Numbered from the stretch's first letter, positions 43,843-58,853 are shown. The stretch: 64,000 nt of DNA from Myxococcota bacterium (GCA_036229005.1 JAZAMN010000020.1:160001-224000); one strand, 5' to 3'. Notes: generated from the letters alone by a model not told the origin. Numbers and translations: made by a program.

Positions 43843-45408
43843 CTACTTCTTGAAGAAGCGGCCAAAGAAGCCCTTCTTCTCCTCCTTGGCGGCCTTCTCG
43901 GCGGCCCGGCGCATCTCCTGGGCGCTGCGGCGCAGCTCGCGCTCGGCGTCCACGTTGGCGGGGTTCATCTCCAGGGCCTTGCGGAAGGCGCTGATGGCCC
44001 GCTTGTGGTTGTTCGCGGAGCGGAACACCAGGCCCATGAGCACCCAGCCGCCGTCCAGCTTGACGTGGTTGTCGATGGCGGACTTGATGAGGTTGACGCC
44101 GCGCTGGGCCTCGGCCTCGTTCTTGCCGTAGTGCTGCTTGAACAGGGTGTAGCCGAAGTAGGCCTGGAACTCGGCCTCTTCGGGGACGGCCAGGTGGGCC
44201 TTCTCGAAGAGCTCGTGGGCGCCGACCAGGTTGCCGCGGCGGAACTGGGACAGGCCGGCCTTGAAGTCGTCCTCGGCGGCCAGGATGGCGCGCACCTTCT
44301 CCATGGCGAGCTCGTCTTCGGACTTGATGCCGTGGATGACGCGGTCGGTGTAGGCCTTGCGGGCCTCGGCGTCGCCCAGCTCCTCCCAGGCCTCGCTGAC
44401 CTTGGCGAAGATGTCGGCGGCGAGCTGGCGGACCTCCTGGGGGGCGTCGGTCCAGCGGTCCGGGTGCAGGCGCTGGGCCAGGGCGAAGTAGGCCTTGCGG
44501 AAGGTGTTCTCGTCGGCGTCCCAGTGGACCTCGAGCACGCCGAAGTGGTCCTCGGCGTCCTCGACCCGACGCAGCTCCTGGCGCAGGGCGGGGAGCTCGG
44601 GGTGCTCCTGCAGCACGGGGAGCGGGGCGGAGGCGGGATCCTGGGCGATCTCGACGGGCATGGCAGCACCGCCGGTGGGTGCGCTGACGATGGGCGCATC
44701 AAAGAGGTCGGCCAGGTTGCTGGGGGCGCCGACCTCGGAGAAGGGGGCCTTCTCGGCGACGGTGGGCAGGGCCTCGGGGGCGGCGGAGACCCGGGCGAGG
44801 GTGGCCTCGTCCTCCTCGAAGTTCACCGCGCCGGTGACCACGGCCAGGTAGATGATCTTGCGCGCGCGCACCGGGTCCATGGGCGCGAACTCCAGCACGT
44901 CCTCCAGGGGGCGGCCGCCGTCCAGGGTGGAGAGCATCTCCAGGCCGGGATCGTCCAGGCCCAGATCCCGGGGCGTGGGGCCGCCGACGCCCAAGCGGGG
45001 ATAGCGGCTGCCCAGGCCGGCCAGGCGCGCGTCGACCACGGCCTCCGGGACGCGGGTGAGCACCAGCTCGGTGAGGGCCTTGAGCAGCGGCTGGGGATCC
45101 CGCTTGGGCGGGGCGACGTTGGGCTTGAAGGTCCAGTCCCCCTCCTGGAGGGCGGCGACGTTGCGCAGGCGCAGCTTGAGCTGGGCCCAGGGCAGGCGCT
45201 CGGGCGGGATGTCGGGGTTGCGCTCGGCGATGCGCTCCTGGGTCTCCGAGCGCAGGTTGCTCTTGGAGAAGGAGAGCTGGCCGTTCTCGAACCAGAAGGC
45301 TCGCTTGCGCTTGTCCTGCACGATGTCCAGCCGGCCGCTGGCGCGCTGGGCGACCAGGCTGCCAAAGAGCTCGACGATGGGCTGTTCGGTGACGCTTCCA
45401 GACTGCAT
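43843..45408 (-). CDS. DUF4388-like + DnaJ + TPR domain protein
   Basis: SGRLDI...FWFENGQL N-domain; HFGVL...AYFALAQRLHPDR J-domain; TPR tail. Confidence 0.85.
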   Translation of the reverse strand: MQSGSVTEQPIVELFGSLVAQRASGRLDIVQDKRKRAFWFENGQLSFSKSNLRSETQERIAERNPDIPPERLPWAQLKLRLRNVAALQEGDWTFKPNVAPPKRDPQPLLKALTELVLTRVPEAVVDARLAGLGSRYPRLGVGGPTPRDLGLDDPGLEMLSTLDGGRPLEDVLEFAPMDPVRARKIIYLAVVTGAVNFEEDEATLARVSAAPEALPTVAEKAPFSEVGAPSNLADLFDAPIVSAPTGGAAMPVEIAQDPASAPLPVLQEHPELPALRQELRRVEDAEDHFGVLEVHWDADENTFRKAYFALAQRLHPDRWTDAPQEVRQLAADIFAKVSEAWEELGDAEARKAYTDRVIHGIKSEDELAMEKVRAILAAEDDFKAGLSQFRRGNLVGAHELFEKAHLAVPEEAEFQAYFGYTLFKQHYGKNEAEAQRGVNLIKSAIDNHVKLDGGWVLMGLVFRSANNHKRAISAFRKALEMNPANVDAERELRRSAQEMRRAAEKAAKEEKKGFFGRFFKK

Positions 45409-45460
45409 GGGCGCGATTCTAACCCGCATCAAGCCCCGCGCTTTCCGGCATACTGCCGCC

Positions 45461-46156
45461 ATGGACTGGCTGCAGACCCTGGGGCGCGGCGGACTCGGCG
45501 CCTGGCAGACCCTGAACTCGGTGCGCACCCTGATGGTGCAGGCCGGGGCTGCGCTCTGGGGGCACGGGACCGACCGCCGAAGCATGCAGGAGCACCTCTT
45601 CCGAATGGGCGTGGAGGGGGGCTCCACGGCGATCACGGCCGGGGCGGTCTCAGGGCTGCTGATGATCGGCGTGCCCCTGATCTTCGCCGGGGAGCTGGCC
45701 CTGGAGAGGGTGGGCGGGCTGCTGGGGGTGCCCGTGGTTCGGATCCTCGCCCCCACAGTGGCCGCGGCCGTCATCGCTGGGCGGGCACAGATCGACCCGA
45801 GCGAGGACACCCCGCTGGGCCAGCAGGCCGCGACCCCGATCCTGGCGGGGACCCTGGCGGCCCTGAACCTCTGGGTGCTCACGGCGCTCGGCGCGCTGAT
45901 GGCCGGGTACGTGCTGGGTGGCGTGGTCGGTGGGCTCCCGGTCACGCGCCTGTTCCTCTCCTTCGCCGGGGAGCTGGTGCTGATGGACGTGGTGCACGGG
46001 GCCGCGAAGGCCGCCCTCTTTGGCGCCGTGGTCGGCGTGGTCCGCAGCCACCAGGCCTTGATCCGCCGACAGCCCCGCGGCGCGCTACGTGCTGTGCTGG
46101 CCTGCCTGCTGCTGGACGGGCTGCTGAACCTGCCCTGGCTGCTGAGGATGATGTGA
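45461..46156 (+). CDS. MlaE-like ABC permease (shortened)
   Basis: MGVEG, VRILAPTVAAAVIAGR, KAALFG; adjacent to MlaD. Confidence 0.7.
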   Translation: MDWLQTLGRGGLGAWQTLNSVRTLMVQAGAALWGHGTDRRSMQEHLFRMGVEGGSTAITAGAVSGLLMIGVPLIFAGELALERVGGLLGVPVVRILAPTVAAAVIAGRAQIDPSEDTPLGQQAATPILAGTLAALNLWVLTALGALMAGYVLGGVVGGLPVTRLFLSFAGELVLMDVVHGAAKAALFGAVVGVVRSHQALIRRQPRGALRAVLACLLLDGLLNLPWLLRMM

Positions 46157-47109
46157 CCCCCGATCCGGACGATCAGCGCAGAGAGCGGATGGTGGGGATC
46201 TTCCTGGTCCTCTGCCTGATGGGGCTGCTGGCCCTGACGGGCTTCGCCCTGGCGGGGGACCGCCTGCTGGCCCGTCAGCAGCGCTACGTGGTCGTCTACG
46301 AGGACGGCGTGGGCCTGACCCCCGGCCTGGACGTCACCGTCAGCGGGCTGGTGGTCGGCAAGGTCACCTCGGTGTCCCTGACCGCCGAGCGCAAGGTCGC
46401 CGTGGAGCTGGCCGTGGACGAGGCCTACGCCGGGTTCGTCCGCTCGGACTCCGTGGCCACCGCGCGCATGACCCTCTCGGGGAAGCAGGTGGAGATCGGG
46501 CCCGGCACCCAGGCTCCGCTGGAGCCCGGAGGACGCCTGGTCGCGGGGGACAACATGGACCCCTTCGTGGTGGTCGACGCTGCGGAGACGCTGGCTCGCC
46601 TGGCCGAGGCGCTGGGGGAGCTGCGTGGCCTGAGCGCCGACCTGGGGCTGGGCACCGGGGAGCTGCCCCAGGCCCTGGACGACGCCACCTTCCTGCTCGC
46701 GCAGCTCCGCGCGGGCACGGGGACCCTGGGCCAGATGATCGTGGACCCCGCGCTGGCCAACGAGCTCCAGGTGACTCTGGGCGAGCTGCGCGCCGCGTCC
46801 ACCTCCCTGGGCGAAGCGTCGCTGGCGGTGCAGCAGGCGGGCCGCAGCATCGAAGACGCCGGCAGCGCGATCGAGGGCGCGAGCACCGAGCTCCAGAAGG
46901 GCGGCCAGGCGGTGACCGAGGGGGCCAAGGCGCTGGACCAGGGCATGCCCGCGATCCAGGAGGGCGCGGAGTCGATCGACCAGACCATGGAGGAGATCGA
47001 CGCCACCCTGGAGGAGCTGAACCGCAGCCTGGCGCGCATGCAGCAGATCCTGGAGCAGCTCCCTGGCGTGGGTCTGCGCAAGGAAGCCAAGCCCAAAGAG
47101 GCGCCCTGA
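46153..47109 (+). CDS. MlaD/MCE family protein with long helical tail
   Basis: GLTPGLDVTVSGLVVGKV, VEIGPG, GTGTLGQMIVDP. Confidence 0.88.
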   Translation: MTPDPDDQRRERMVGIFLVLCLMGLLALTGFALAGDRLLARQQRYVVVYEDGVGLTPGLDVTVSGLVVGKVTSVSLTAERKVAVELAVDEAYAGFVRSDSVATARMTLSGKQVEIGPGTQAPLEPGGRLVAGDNMDPFVVVDAAETLARLAEALGELRGLSADLGLGTGELPQALDDATFLLAQLRAGTGTLGQMIVDPALANELQVTLGELRAASTSLGEASLAVQQAGRSIEDAGSAIEGASTELQKGGQAVTEGAKALDQGMPAIQEGAESIDQTMEEIDATLEELNRSLARMQQILEQLPGVGLRKEAKPKEAP

Positions 47110-47192
47110 TCGACAAGCGGATCCCCCGGACAGTTTTTGGTCTGGGTCCTGCGTTAGGGTGCTGACCGAATCCTCCAACACCCGAGGCACCT

Positions 47193-47699
47193 GTGATCAA
47201 CAAGGTCATCCTGGTCGGCAACCTGGGCCAGGACCCCGAGATGCGCACCACCGGCAGCGGCATGGCTGTGTGCACCCTCCGCATCGCCACCTCCTCCCGC
47301 CGCAAGGACCAGTCCGGTCAGTGGGTGGACCAGACCGAGTGGCACTCGGTGGTCTGCTTCGGCCGCACGGCCGAGAACGCTGGCAACTACCTGCGCAAGG
47401 GCCGTCAGGTCTACATCGAAGGCCGCCTGCAGACCCGCAAGTGGCAGGACAAGGAAGGCAAGGATCGCTGGACGACCGAGGTCGTCTGCAACGAGCTCAA
47501 GTTCCTCGGCGGCCGTGACGGCGGCGGCGGTGGGGGCGGCGGCGGCAGCTACGGCGGCGGCGGCGGTGGCGGAAGCTACGGCGGCGGCGGCGGTGGCGGC
47601 GGAAGCTACGGCGGCGGCGGCGGTGGCGGAAGCTACGGCGGCGGCGGTGGCGGCGGTGGCGGCGACATGCCCTACGGCAACGACGACATCCCCTTCTAG
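47193..47699 (+). CDS. ssb: Single-stranded DNA-binding protein
   Basis: [29 protein letters not shown], Gly-rich linker, DDIPF tail. Confidence 0.97.
   Translation: MINKVILVGNLGQDPEMRTTGSGMAVCTLRIATSSRRKDQSGQWVDQTEWHSVVCFGRTAENAGNYLRKGRQVYIEGRLQTRKWQDKEGKDRWTTEVVCNELKFLGGRDGGGGGGGGGSYGGGGGGGSYGGGGGGGGSYGGGGGGGSYGGGGGGGGGDMPYGNDDIPF
47547..47662 (+). repeat. Tandem repeat (4 units) encoding SYG(n) in the SSB linker
   Basis: AGCTACGGCGGCGGCGG repeated four times. Confidence 0.8.
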
Positions 47700-47714
47700 C
47701 GTCCCCAATGGAGA

Positions 47715-47773
47715 GGCCCCCTGGTCGAAAGACCCGGGGCCCGCAGCGCGCGCCGTCCTTTGGGGCGGCGCGC
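47715..47773. terminator. Two hairpins between convergent ssb and lipoprotein genes
   Basis: GGCCCC..GGTC-GAAA-GACC..GGGGCC and GCGCGCCG..CGGCGCGC. Confidence 0.5.
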
Positions 47774-47788
47774 TCCTGACGGGGGGGC

Positions 47789-49258
47789 TCAGCCCGGCAG
47801 CATGAAGTCCGTCAGGGACTTCCCGCGGACGAACACCGCACCCTCTTGCGCCAGGCGCTCGCGATCGGCGGCCACTACGCAGCCCACCATGCCCGCGGCC
47901 CCGCGCCGGGTCAGGTCGGCCATGGCGGCCTCGAAGGCGGCGTCATCCATCTTGGCGACGGGCTCCCAGGCGATCTCGCCGCCGGCGATGCGGGTCACGT
48001 CCTGCTGGCTGTCACCGCCGTAGGGCGCCCAGGTCTGCTCCACCCGGTGCTTGCGGCCGTAGAGCTTGACCTGGCCCTCGGCCGTGGGGACCCAGGCGCC
48101 GTCGTAGATCACCACGGAGTCGGTCTCCTCCATGGCGCCCAGCTCGTAGCGGCTGCTGTAGTACACAAAGCTGTGGTTCTCCCGCAGCTTGAGCTCCCTA
48201 CGCGATTCCTCGGCGTCGGAGCAGACCCCCACGAAGCGCTTGCCCAACGCGGTGTCCAGGGGTGAGCCACTCAGCTCGCTGTGCAACGCAGCCGCTCGCT
48301 CCCCCTCGGAGACCGACAGGACCACCGGGCCCTCCGCGTCCCAGAGCCGCAGCTCGGAGATCACCGTGTCCTTGTAGCGGGAGCCCGCGGTCGCGCCGGC
48401 GATGCTCAGGGTCAGGCGCTTGCCGGTGACCGGCTCGGGGAGCTCCAGCTTCTGGGGGCCCTGGGTGTCGGCGACCTCCAGCAGGATCTCGTCGCCGCCG
48501 TCCACGGACAGGGAGAGGGTCTTGACCCGCCCGTTCTTGTTGAAGTGGTCCTCGCTGCGCTGGTAGCCGTTCCAGAGCTCCAGGGCGTGGATCGGGGTGG
48601 CCTGGTCCAGATCGATGTTCAGGGTGACGCCCTCGCCCAGGCCCTCGGCGCCCTCGACCCAGCCAAAGTCGGCGCGGCCGTCGCTCAGGTAGTTGGGGTG
48701 GTAGGCGTCGGCGGGCTCCAGGGTGGAGCTGGCGCTGATCCGGGCGCCCACCGACCGCGGGGGACGCACTCTCAGGTCGCCGTCGGGTCCCGTGAGGATC
48801 AGGCGCTCCAGGCAGGCCTCGCCCTCGGACTGGGCGACCTTGAGGTAGAGGCTGCGCAGGGTGGTCTCGACGCTCCGCGCCTTGCCCTGACCGGCGTCGA
48901 GCTGCACCTCGCCGCCCAGGTTGCCGTCGGCGTAGATCTCCACGGTGGCCACGCCCCCGCAGGAGGCGAGCTGGAGGCCGTCCACGCGCGTGGGCTCCTC
49001 GAAGCGCAGGAGCACGCCCTCGGCCACCGCGTCGCCGCTGGGACGCCAGCCGGACTGGAGGATGCCGGCGTGATCACCGGAGGTCGCGACGATGGACTGC
49101 AGGTGGAGCGCGTCGACCGGCTCGGGCGCATCGGCGGCCTCGGCGGAGGCGTCACCATCGGCGGGGGTCCCGTTGGCGGAGGGGTCCGCGGCGGGCGCCT
49201 TGGGCGCCTTGTCCTTGGGGGCGGGGGAGCCGGAGCAGGCCAACATCAACAGGAGCAC
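47789..49258 (-). CDS. Lipoprotein with discoidin-like (F5/8 C, NADase-type) domain
   Basis: MLAC lipobox; ASSTL...DG...WVEG..G.GE, WNGYQRS, ISEL. Confidence 0.75.
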   Translation of the reverse strand: MLLLMLACSGSPAPKDKAPKAPAADPSANGTPADGDASAEAADAPEPVDALHLQSIVATSGDHAGILQSGWRPSGDAVAEGVLLRFEEPTRVDGLQLASCGGVATVEIYADGNLGGEVQLDAGQGKARSVETTLRSLYLKVAQSEGEACLERLILTGPDGDLRVRPPRSVGARISASSTLEPADAYHPNYLSDGRADFGWVEGAEGLGEGVTLNIDLDQATPIHALELWNGYQRSEDHFNKNGRVKTLSLSVDGGDEILLEVADTQGPQKLELPEPVTGKRLTLSIAGATAGSRYKDTVISELRLWDAEGPVVLSVSEGERAAALHSELSGSPLDTALGKRFVGVCSDAEESRRELKLRENHSFVYYSSRYELGAMEETDSVVIYDGAWVPTAEGQVKLYGRKHRVEQTWAPYGGDSQQDVTRIAGGEIAWEPVAKMDDAAFEAAMADLTRRGAAGMVGCVVAADRERLAQEGAVFVRGKSLTDFMLPG

Positions 49259-49320
49259 GGGATCACCTCAGGGAAGCGCCGACCAGCGGCCGGCCGGCCA
49301 AGGATACACGGGGGGCCGGG

Positions 49321-50118
49321 TCAGGAGAGCAGCGCTGGGTCCAGGGTGTAGGTCACCTTGGCCAGGTTGTGGGAGAGCAGCTCCCGCCGGCCATCACTCC
49401 CCACGCGGAACAGGTGGTTCTCCCTCCAGATCCCGTCGGGGCGACGCACAAAGCGGTGGCCCTCTTCGACGACCTGAAAGCGCAGACCGGGGTCCTGCGC
49501 CAGGCTCAGGCGCCCGTGAAGCTGGCCGTCGCGCACCTGGAACTGCAGGTGCACGGGCTGCGGAAAGGGGTTGCGCAGGCGCAGGTCGCGGTGCGGATAG
49601 AAAACCGTCGCGCCCAGCCCAAAGGGCACGCGCCGGTCGTCGTCGGGGAAGAGATCCAGGCCGTGGCGGTGACGCTCCAGCACCTCGAGGCCCCCCACCG
49701 CGGCCAGGTAGTAGAGCAGGTTGGCGAGCTGACAGGCGCCGCCGCCCCCGCCCATCTCCAGGCGCCCGTCGTGCAGCTCCGGCCCGGGGACGAAGCCGTT
49801 GACCCGAAGCGGCGGGCCCACCTCGCGGTGCCAGGAGAACTCAGCGCCGGGTGGAATCACGACCCCATCCAGGCGCTGCGCCGCGCGCTCGACGTTGTGC
49901 TCCTTGGCCTGCTGGCGTCCCCCTCGGTAGGCAGTCCCCTGGCGGCGAAGCGGGCTGCTGCGGCTGGCCTGGGTGTGGGCGAAGCCGACCGGTGCGCGCT
50001 CCAGACGCTCGGCGGGCCCCAAGCTCCGCGCAGCATGCCTGAGCAGCGCGGGCAGCCGCCGAATGGTCACGCGCAGGCCAAAGGGGATGCGCTCGCGGAT
50101 CGAAGGAGGGAGAGCCAA
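49321..50118 (-). CDS. VanW family protein
   Basis: KEHN..A...LDGVVIPPGAEFS, GGGACQLAN, ERHRH, GATVFY..DL. Confidence 0.88.
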   Translation of the reverse strand: MALPPSIRERIPFGLRVTIRRLPALLRHAARSLGPAERLERAPVGFAHTQASRSSPLRRQGTAYRGGRQQAKEHNVERAAQRLDGVVIPPGAEFSWHREVGPPLRVNGFVPGPELHDGRLEMGGGGGACQLANLLYYLAAVGGLEVLERHRHGLDLFPDDDRRVPFGLGATVFYPHRDLRLRNPFPQPVHLQFQVRDGQLHGRLSLAQDPGLRFQVVEEGHRFVRRPDGIWRENHLFRVGSDGRRELLSHNLAKVTYTLDPALLS

Positions 50119-50272
50119 GGAGGCCGCCTATCACGGTGGCGACGTTCAGCGCCGCCGGGTCAAAACCCGACCCGACCCCCCGTAGCCGACCAGCTTGCTT
50201 GCGGAGGGTCGAGTCAGGCTGAAGACCTGGGGGTGCGTCGCACCCCTGCAGTCATCCAGGTGCACTCAGGGC

Positions 50273-50347
50273 CCAGAAAGGATCAGCCCGAGATGTCAAC
50301 TGTTCGCTGACACATCCAAACCCCGCCTTGAACCTGATCCTTTCTGG
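50273..50347. repeat. Perfect 14-bp inverted repeat CCAGAAAGGATCAG / CTGATCCTTTCTGG around a 47-nt spacer
   Basis: Arms 50273-50286 and 50334-50347. Confidence 0.85.
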
Positions 50348-50348
50348 A

Positions 50349-50789
50349 TCAACCCAAAAAGACCCAGGCCAGGATCGCGGCCACCAGTGCCGCCCCCCCC
50401 GCGATGATCAGCGGGATGGGGAGCCCACCGCCCGGCTTCTTCTCGGCCTCGACCCGGGGGTCCTCGGAGACAGGCGGGCGCGTCAGAGGGCTGCCGGTCT
50501 CTTCGACCCGGGGCGTGACGGTGTCCGGCGCGGCCTGCTTCCAGCCGGTCAGGGTCTGGCGGTCGCGGATCTTCATCCCCTCGACGTCCACTCCCACCAG
50601 GGCCAGGACCTCGGCGCACTCTTCGTAGGCGGTGATGGAGCGCCACTGCCCCCCAACCGGTCGAACCTGCTCCTTCCCCCGGTAGCGGCCCGCGTAGATC
50701 CGCTCGCGGATCAGGTACACGTCCATCGGCCCGTGGACCTCTCCGTCCTCGGTCTCGATCTCCAGGTTCAGAAGCTGCCGTGCATCCAC
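50349..50789 (-). CDS. GYF-like domain protein with C-terminal TM anchor
   Basis: GEVHGPM...I..G...G.E.V....WR pattern; hydrophobic tail. Confidence 0.7.
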   Translation of the reverse strand: MDARQLLNLEIETEDGEVHGPMDVYLIRERIYAGRYRGKEQVRPVGGQWRSITAYEECAEVLALVGVDVEGMKIRDRQTLTGWKQAAPDTVTPRVEETGSPLTRPPVSEDPRVEAEKKPGGGLPIPLIIAGGAALVAAILAWVFLG

Positions 50790-50819
50790 GCCCGCAGTCT
50801 ATCCGGTTAGCCCAGCCCC

Positions 50820-52640
50820 ATGTCCCTCCCCCGCGCATTCGTCGTCGGAACCGCCGGCCACATCGACCACGGCAAGTCCACCCTCGTGCGCGCCCTGTCC
50901 GGCCACGACCCGGACCGCCTGCCGGAAGAGAAGCGCCGGGGCATCACGATCAACCTGGGCTTCGCGCGGATGCCCCTGCCCGACGGGCGCGTCGCCAGCT
51001 TCGTGGACGTCCCCGGACACGAGCGCCTGGTCCGCACCATGATCGCGGGCGCCGCCGGCATCGACGCCGTGCTCTTCTGCGTGAGCGCGAGCGAGGGCGT
51101 GATGCCCCAGACCCGCGAGCACCTGGACATCCTCCAGCTCCTGGGGATCGAGCGGGGCGTGGTCGCCCTGACCATGGCCGACCTGGTGGATCCCGAGCTG
51201 CTGGAGCTCGCCGCGGAGGACGTCGCCGACACTCTGCAGGGCACCTTCCTGGAGTCCGCCCCGGTCATCACCACCTCCGCCCAGACCGGCCAAGGCCTCG
51301 ACGCCCTCAAGGCTGCCCTCCAGGCCCTCCCGCTGAGCCCCCGCGCCGAGGCCGGCCCCTTCCGCCTGCCCGTCGACCGCAGCTTCGTCCAGAAGGGCTT
51401 CGGCGTGGTCGTCACCGGCACCGTGCTCAGCGGCAGCGTCCAGGACGGCCAGGAGCTCCGCCTGCTCCCCCAGGGCCTCAGCGCGCGCGTCCGCTCCATC
51501 CAGGTGCACGGCGAGCCCCAGAGCCACTCCCAGGCCGGCTACCGCACCGCGATCAACCTCAGCGGCGTCGACCGCGACGAGCTCCCCCGCGGCTCCGTGC
51601 TCGTGTCCCCCCAGGTCGAGGGGCGGCAGGTGCTGGACGCCCGCTTCACCCACCTGCCCGACGCCCCCGAGCTCGCCCAGGGTGCACGCGTCCGCCTGCT
51701 CACCGGCACGAGCGAGGTCATGGCGGTCATCGACGGCCTGGACGCCCCCCTGGAGCCTGGCAGCTCCCGCCTGGTCCAGCTCCGCGCCAGCGAGCCCCTC
51801 GCCGTCCTCCCCGGCGACCGCTTCATCCTGCGCCGCGAATCGCCCGTCACCACGCTGGGCGGCGGCGTCCTGCTGGACGTGTGGGCCCCCCGCCACCGCA
51901 AGCGCGACCACGAACGCGCCACCGCCGAGCTTCGCGCCCTGGAGGCTGGCGATTCAGGCGTCCTCCTGGAGCGCGCCGGCCCCTCCGGTCTCAGCGCCGA
52001 GCAGGCCCGCACCCGCGGCGTCCAGGGGGTGTCGCTCGCCGATCGCGTCCTGGGTCCCCAGACCCTCGCCCACCTGGAGGACTTCCTGGTCGAGCAGCTC
52101 CAGGCCTTCCACGCCGACAACCCCCTGCTCCCTGCCACGCCGCGCCGCTCCCTGCACAAGGGGCGCCTCGCCGCGCTGGGTCCCCAGGCCTTCGACGCCC
52201 TGCTCAAGCGGCTCGAGGACCAGGGTCGAATCGAGACAGCCGGTCCTCGCCTGCGCCTCCCGGGGTACAGAGTGGCGCTCACCGACGGGCAGCAGCGGTT
52301 GGCCGATCAGCTCGTGGCCAAGGTCAGATCCGCTGGCCTGGAGGCCCTCACCCTGCAGGAGCTGAACGAGGAGGCTGCTGGGCACACCCGCATCGTGGCC
52401 CACCTCATCGACCAGGGGGTGCTGCGCCGCGTCTCGGAGCGGGTGTACGCCGACGAGGACCTGCTGGCCCTGACCGAGTCCGTCCGCGCGCACTTTGGAC
52501 GCAGCGACACCCTCAGTCCCCCCGACTTCAAGGAGCTCACCGGCCTGTCCCGGCGCTACGCGATCCCCCTGCTTGAGTGGCTGGATGTCAAAGGTGTCAC
52601 CAAGCGGTCGGGGGATGTACGCGTCCGCGGAGACTCCTGA
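50820..52640 (+). CDS. selB: Selenocysteine-specific elongation factor
   Basis: GTAGHIDHGKST, DRLPEEKRRGITI, DVPGHE, C-terminal winged helix GLSRRYAIPLLEWLD. Confidence 0.95.
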   Translation: MSLPRAFVVGTAGHIDHGKSTLVRALSGHDPDRLPEEKRRGITINLGFARMPLPDGRVASFVDVPGHERLVRTMIAGAAGIDAVLFCVSASEGVMPQTREHLDILQLLGIERGVVALTMADLVDPELLELAAEDVADTLQGTFLESAPVITTSAQTGQGLDALKAALQALPLSPRAEAGPFRLPVDRSFVQKGFGVVVTGTVLSGSVQDGQELRLLPQGLSARVRSIQVHGEPQSHSQAGYRTAINLSGVDRDELPRGSVLVSPQVEGRQVLDARFTHLPDAPELAQGARVRLLTGTSEVMAVIDGLDAPLEPGSSRLVQLRASEPLAVLPGDRFILRRESPVTTLGGGVLLDVWAPRHRKRDHERATAELRALEAGDSGVLLERAGPSGLSAEQARTRGVQGVSLADRVLGPQTLAHLEDFLVEQLQAFHADNPLLPATPRRSLHKGRLAALGPQAFDALLKRLEDQGRIETAGPRLRLPGYRVALTDGQQRLADQLVAKVRSAGLEALTLQELNEEAAGHTRIVAHLIDQGVLRRVSERVYADEDLLALTESVRAHFGRSDTLSPPDFKELTGLSRRYAIPLLEWLDVKGVTKRSGDVRVRGDS

Positions 52641-52673
52641 GTGCTACGCTGACGCGCTGAGGAGAGCCGAATC

Positions 52674-53744
52674 ATGCTCCATCGGATCTGGATGGCCCTG
52701 GCAGGCGTCTGCCTGACGATGCTGCTGGGCGCCGCGCCCGCCCACGCCCAGGAAGGCACCCTGGAGGTCAACGCGAACGTCCCGCAGGCCGTCGTCCACA
52801 TCGACGGTCAGCTCGCCGGGCCCGCCCCGATGACCCGTCAGATGGCGGTGGGGAGCTACCTGGTGCGCGTCACGGCCGACGGCTTCGACCCCTTCGTGCG
52901 CCAGGTGCGCGTGGAGGCGGGGCAGAGCGCACAGGTGGGGGCCCAGCTCTCCCGAGGCGGCGGCACGGCGGACTTCCTGGTCGAGCCCGCGGGCGCGCGC
53001 GTGGAGATCAACGGCAAGGACACCGGCCTCGTGACCCCGACCCGCCTGACCGGCCTGCAGGACGGCCGCTACCGCTACCGCCTGGTGCGGGACGGCTACG
53101 AGCCCATCGAGGGCGACTTCGAGGTCAAGAACCGCTCCAACCCCCTGGTGTTCCACGAGATGAAGTCCTCCCGCGGGCTCTTCGTGATCACCTCCGACCC
53201 GGAAGGCGCCACCGTCTACCTGGACGGTGAGCAGGTGGGCGTCACCCCGCTTGAGCTGGAGGGCATCGAGCCCGGCATGCACCAGGTCGGCGTCCAGGCC
53301 CCCGGCCACGCCCTGCTCGTGCGGGAGGTCGACACCTCCGACGGCTCCAAGGGTGAGGTCCGCGCGCGCCTCAAGAAGGACGGCGGCACCCTCACCATCA
53401 AGACCGGCTCCCCCGACGCCGTGGTGCACATGGACGGCGTGCCCGTCGGCACCGGCAAGCGCGTCAAGGTCAAGGCCACCCGCGGCACCTACCAGGTGGA
53501 CGTGGACGACAGCGCCGGCAGCGCCGTGGGGAGCGCCAAGGTCCCCGCCACCGGCAGCGCCCTGTACGTGGCCGACCTGGAGGCCGGAGAGCTGGAGCTC
53601 GGCACCCCCCTCACCCGCCGCTGGACCTTCTGGACCGGCGTGGGCGTGGGCGTCGCAGCCATCGGCACAGGCAGCGCGATCGCCGCCGTGGCCGCCCGAC
53701 CCGACCCGCTCCCCAGCGGCGACGTCACCCTGACCCTGCCTTGA
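52674..53744 (+). CDS. PEGA-repeat exported protein
   Basis: Signal peptide; repeated S.P.GA.V..DG..G.TP units; RWTFWTGVG TM tail. Confidence 0.88.
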   Translation: MLHRIWMALAGVCLTMLLGAAPAHAQEGTLEVNANVPQAVVHIDGQLAGPAPMTRQMAVGSYLVRVTADGFDPFVRQVRVEAGQSAQVGAQLSRGGGTADFLVEPAGARVEINGKDTGLVTPTRLTGLQDGRYRYRLVRDGYEPIEGDFEVKNRSNPLVFHEMKSSRGLFVITSDPEGATVYLDGEQVGVTPLELEGIEPGMHQVGVQAPGHALLVREVDTSDGSKGEVRARLKKDGGTLTIKTGSPDAVVHMDGVPVGTGKRVKVKATRGTYQVDVDDSAGSAVGSAKVPATGSALYVADLEAGELELGTPLTRRWTFWTGVGVGVAAIGTGSAIAAVAARPDPLPSGDVTLTLP

Positions 53745-53756
53745 CCCGCCCTTGAG

Positions 53757-58853
<5,097 letters not shown>

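Noticed and set aside
43843..47190. Track ORF of 1115 aa as one protein (likewise the extended N-termini of ORFs at 477, 11970, 13810, 35421, 36416 and 39534)
   Set aside because: The extensions overlap other real genes or regulatory DNA; downstream starts fit domain boundaries, stop/start overlaps and promoter or SD positions.
47520..47662. GGC-rich tandem repeat as a contingency locus
   Set aside because: Ordinary in-frame Gly-rich SSB linker.
50230..50347. TPP-riboswitch-like words (GGGGTGC...GCTGA...GAACCTGATC) and SRP/6S-like words
   Set aside because: The downstream TPP core (TAAT...GCG-AGGGA) is missing and no sense gene follows on that strand; the SRP GGAA-GGAAGCAG loop is not matched.
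50119..50820. tRNA-Sec (selC) near selB
   Set aside because: No cloverleaf with a TCA anticodon loop or T-loop GTTCGA found.
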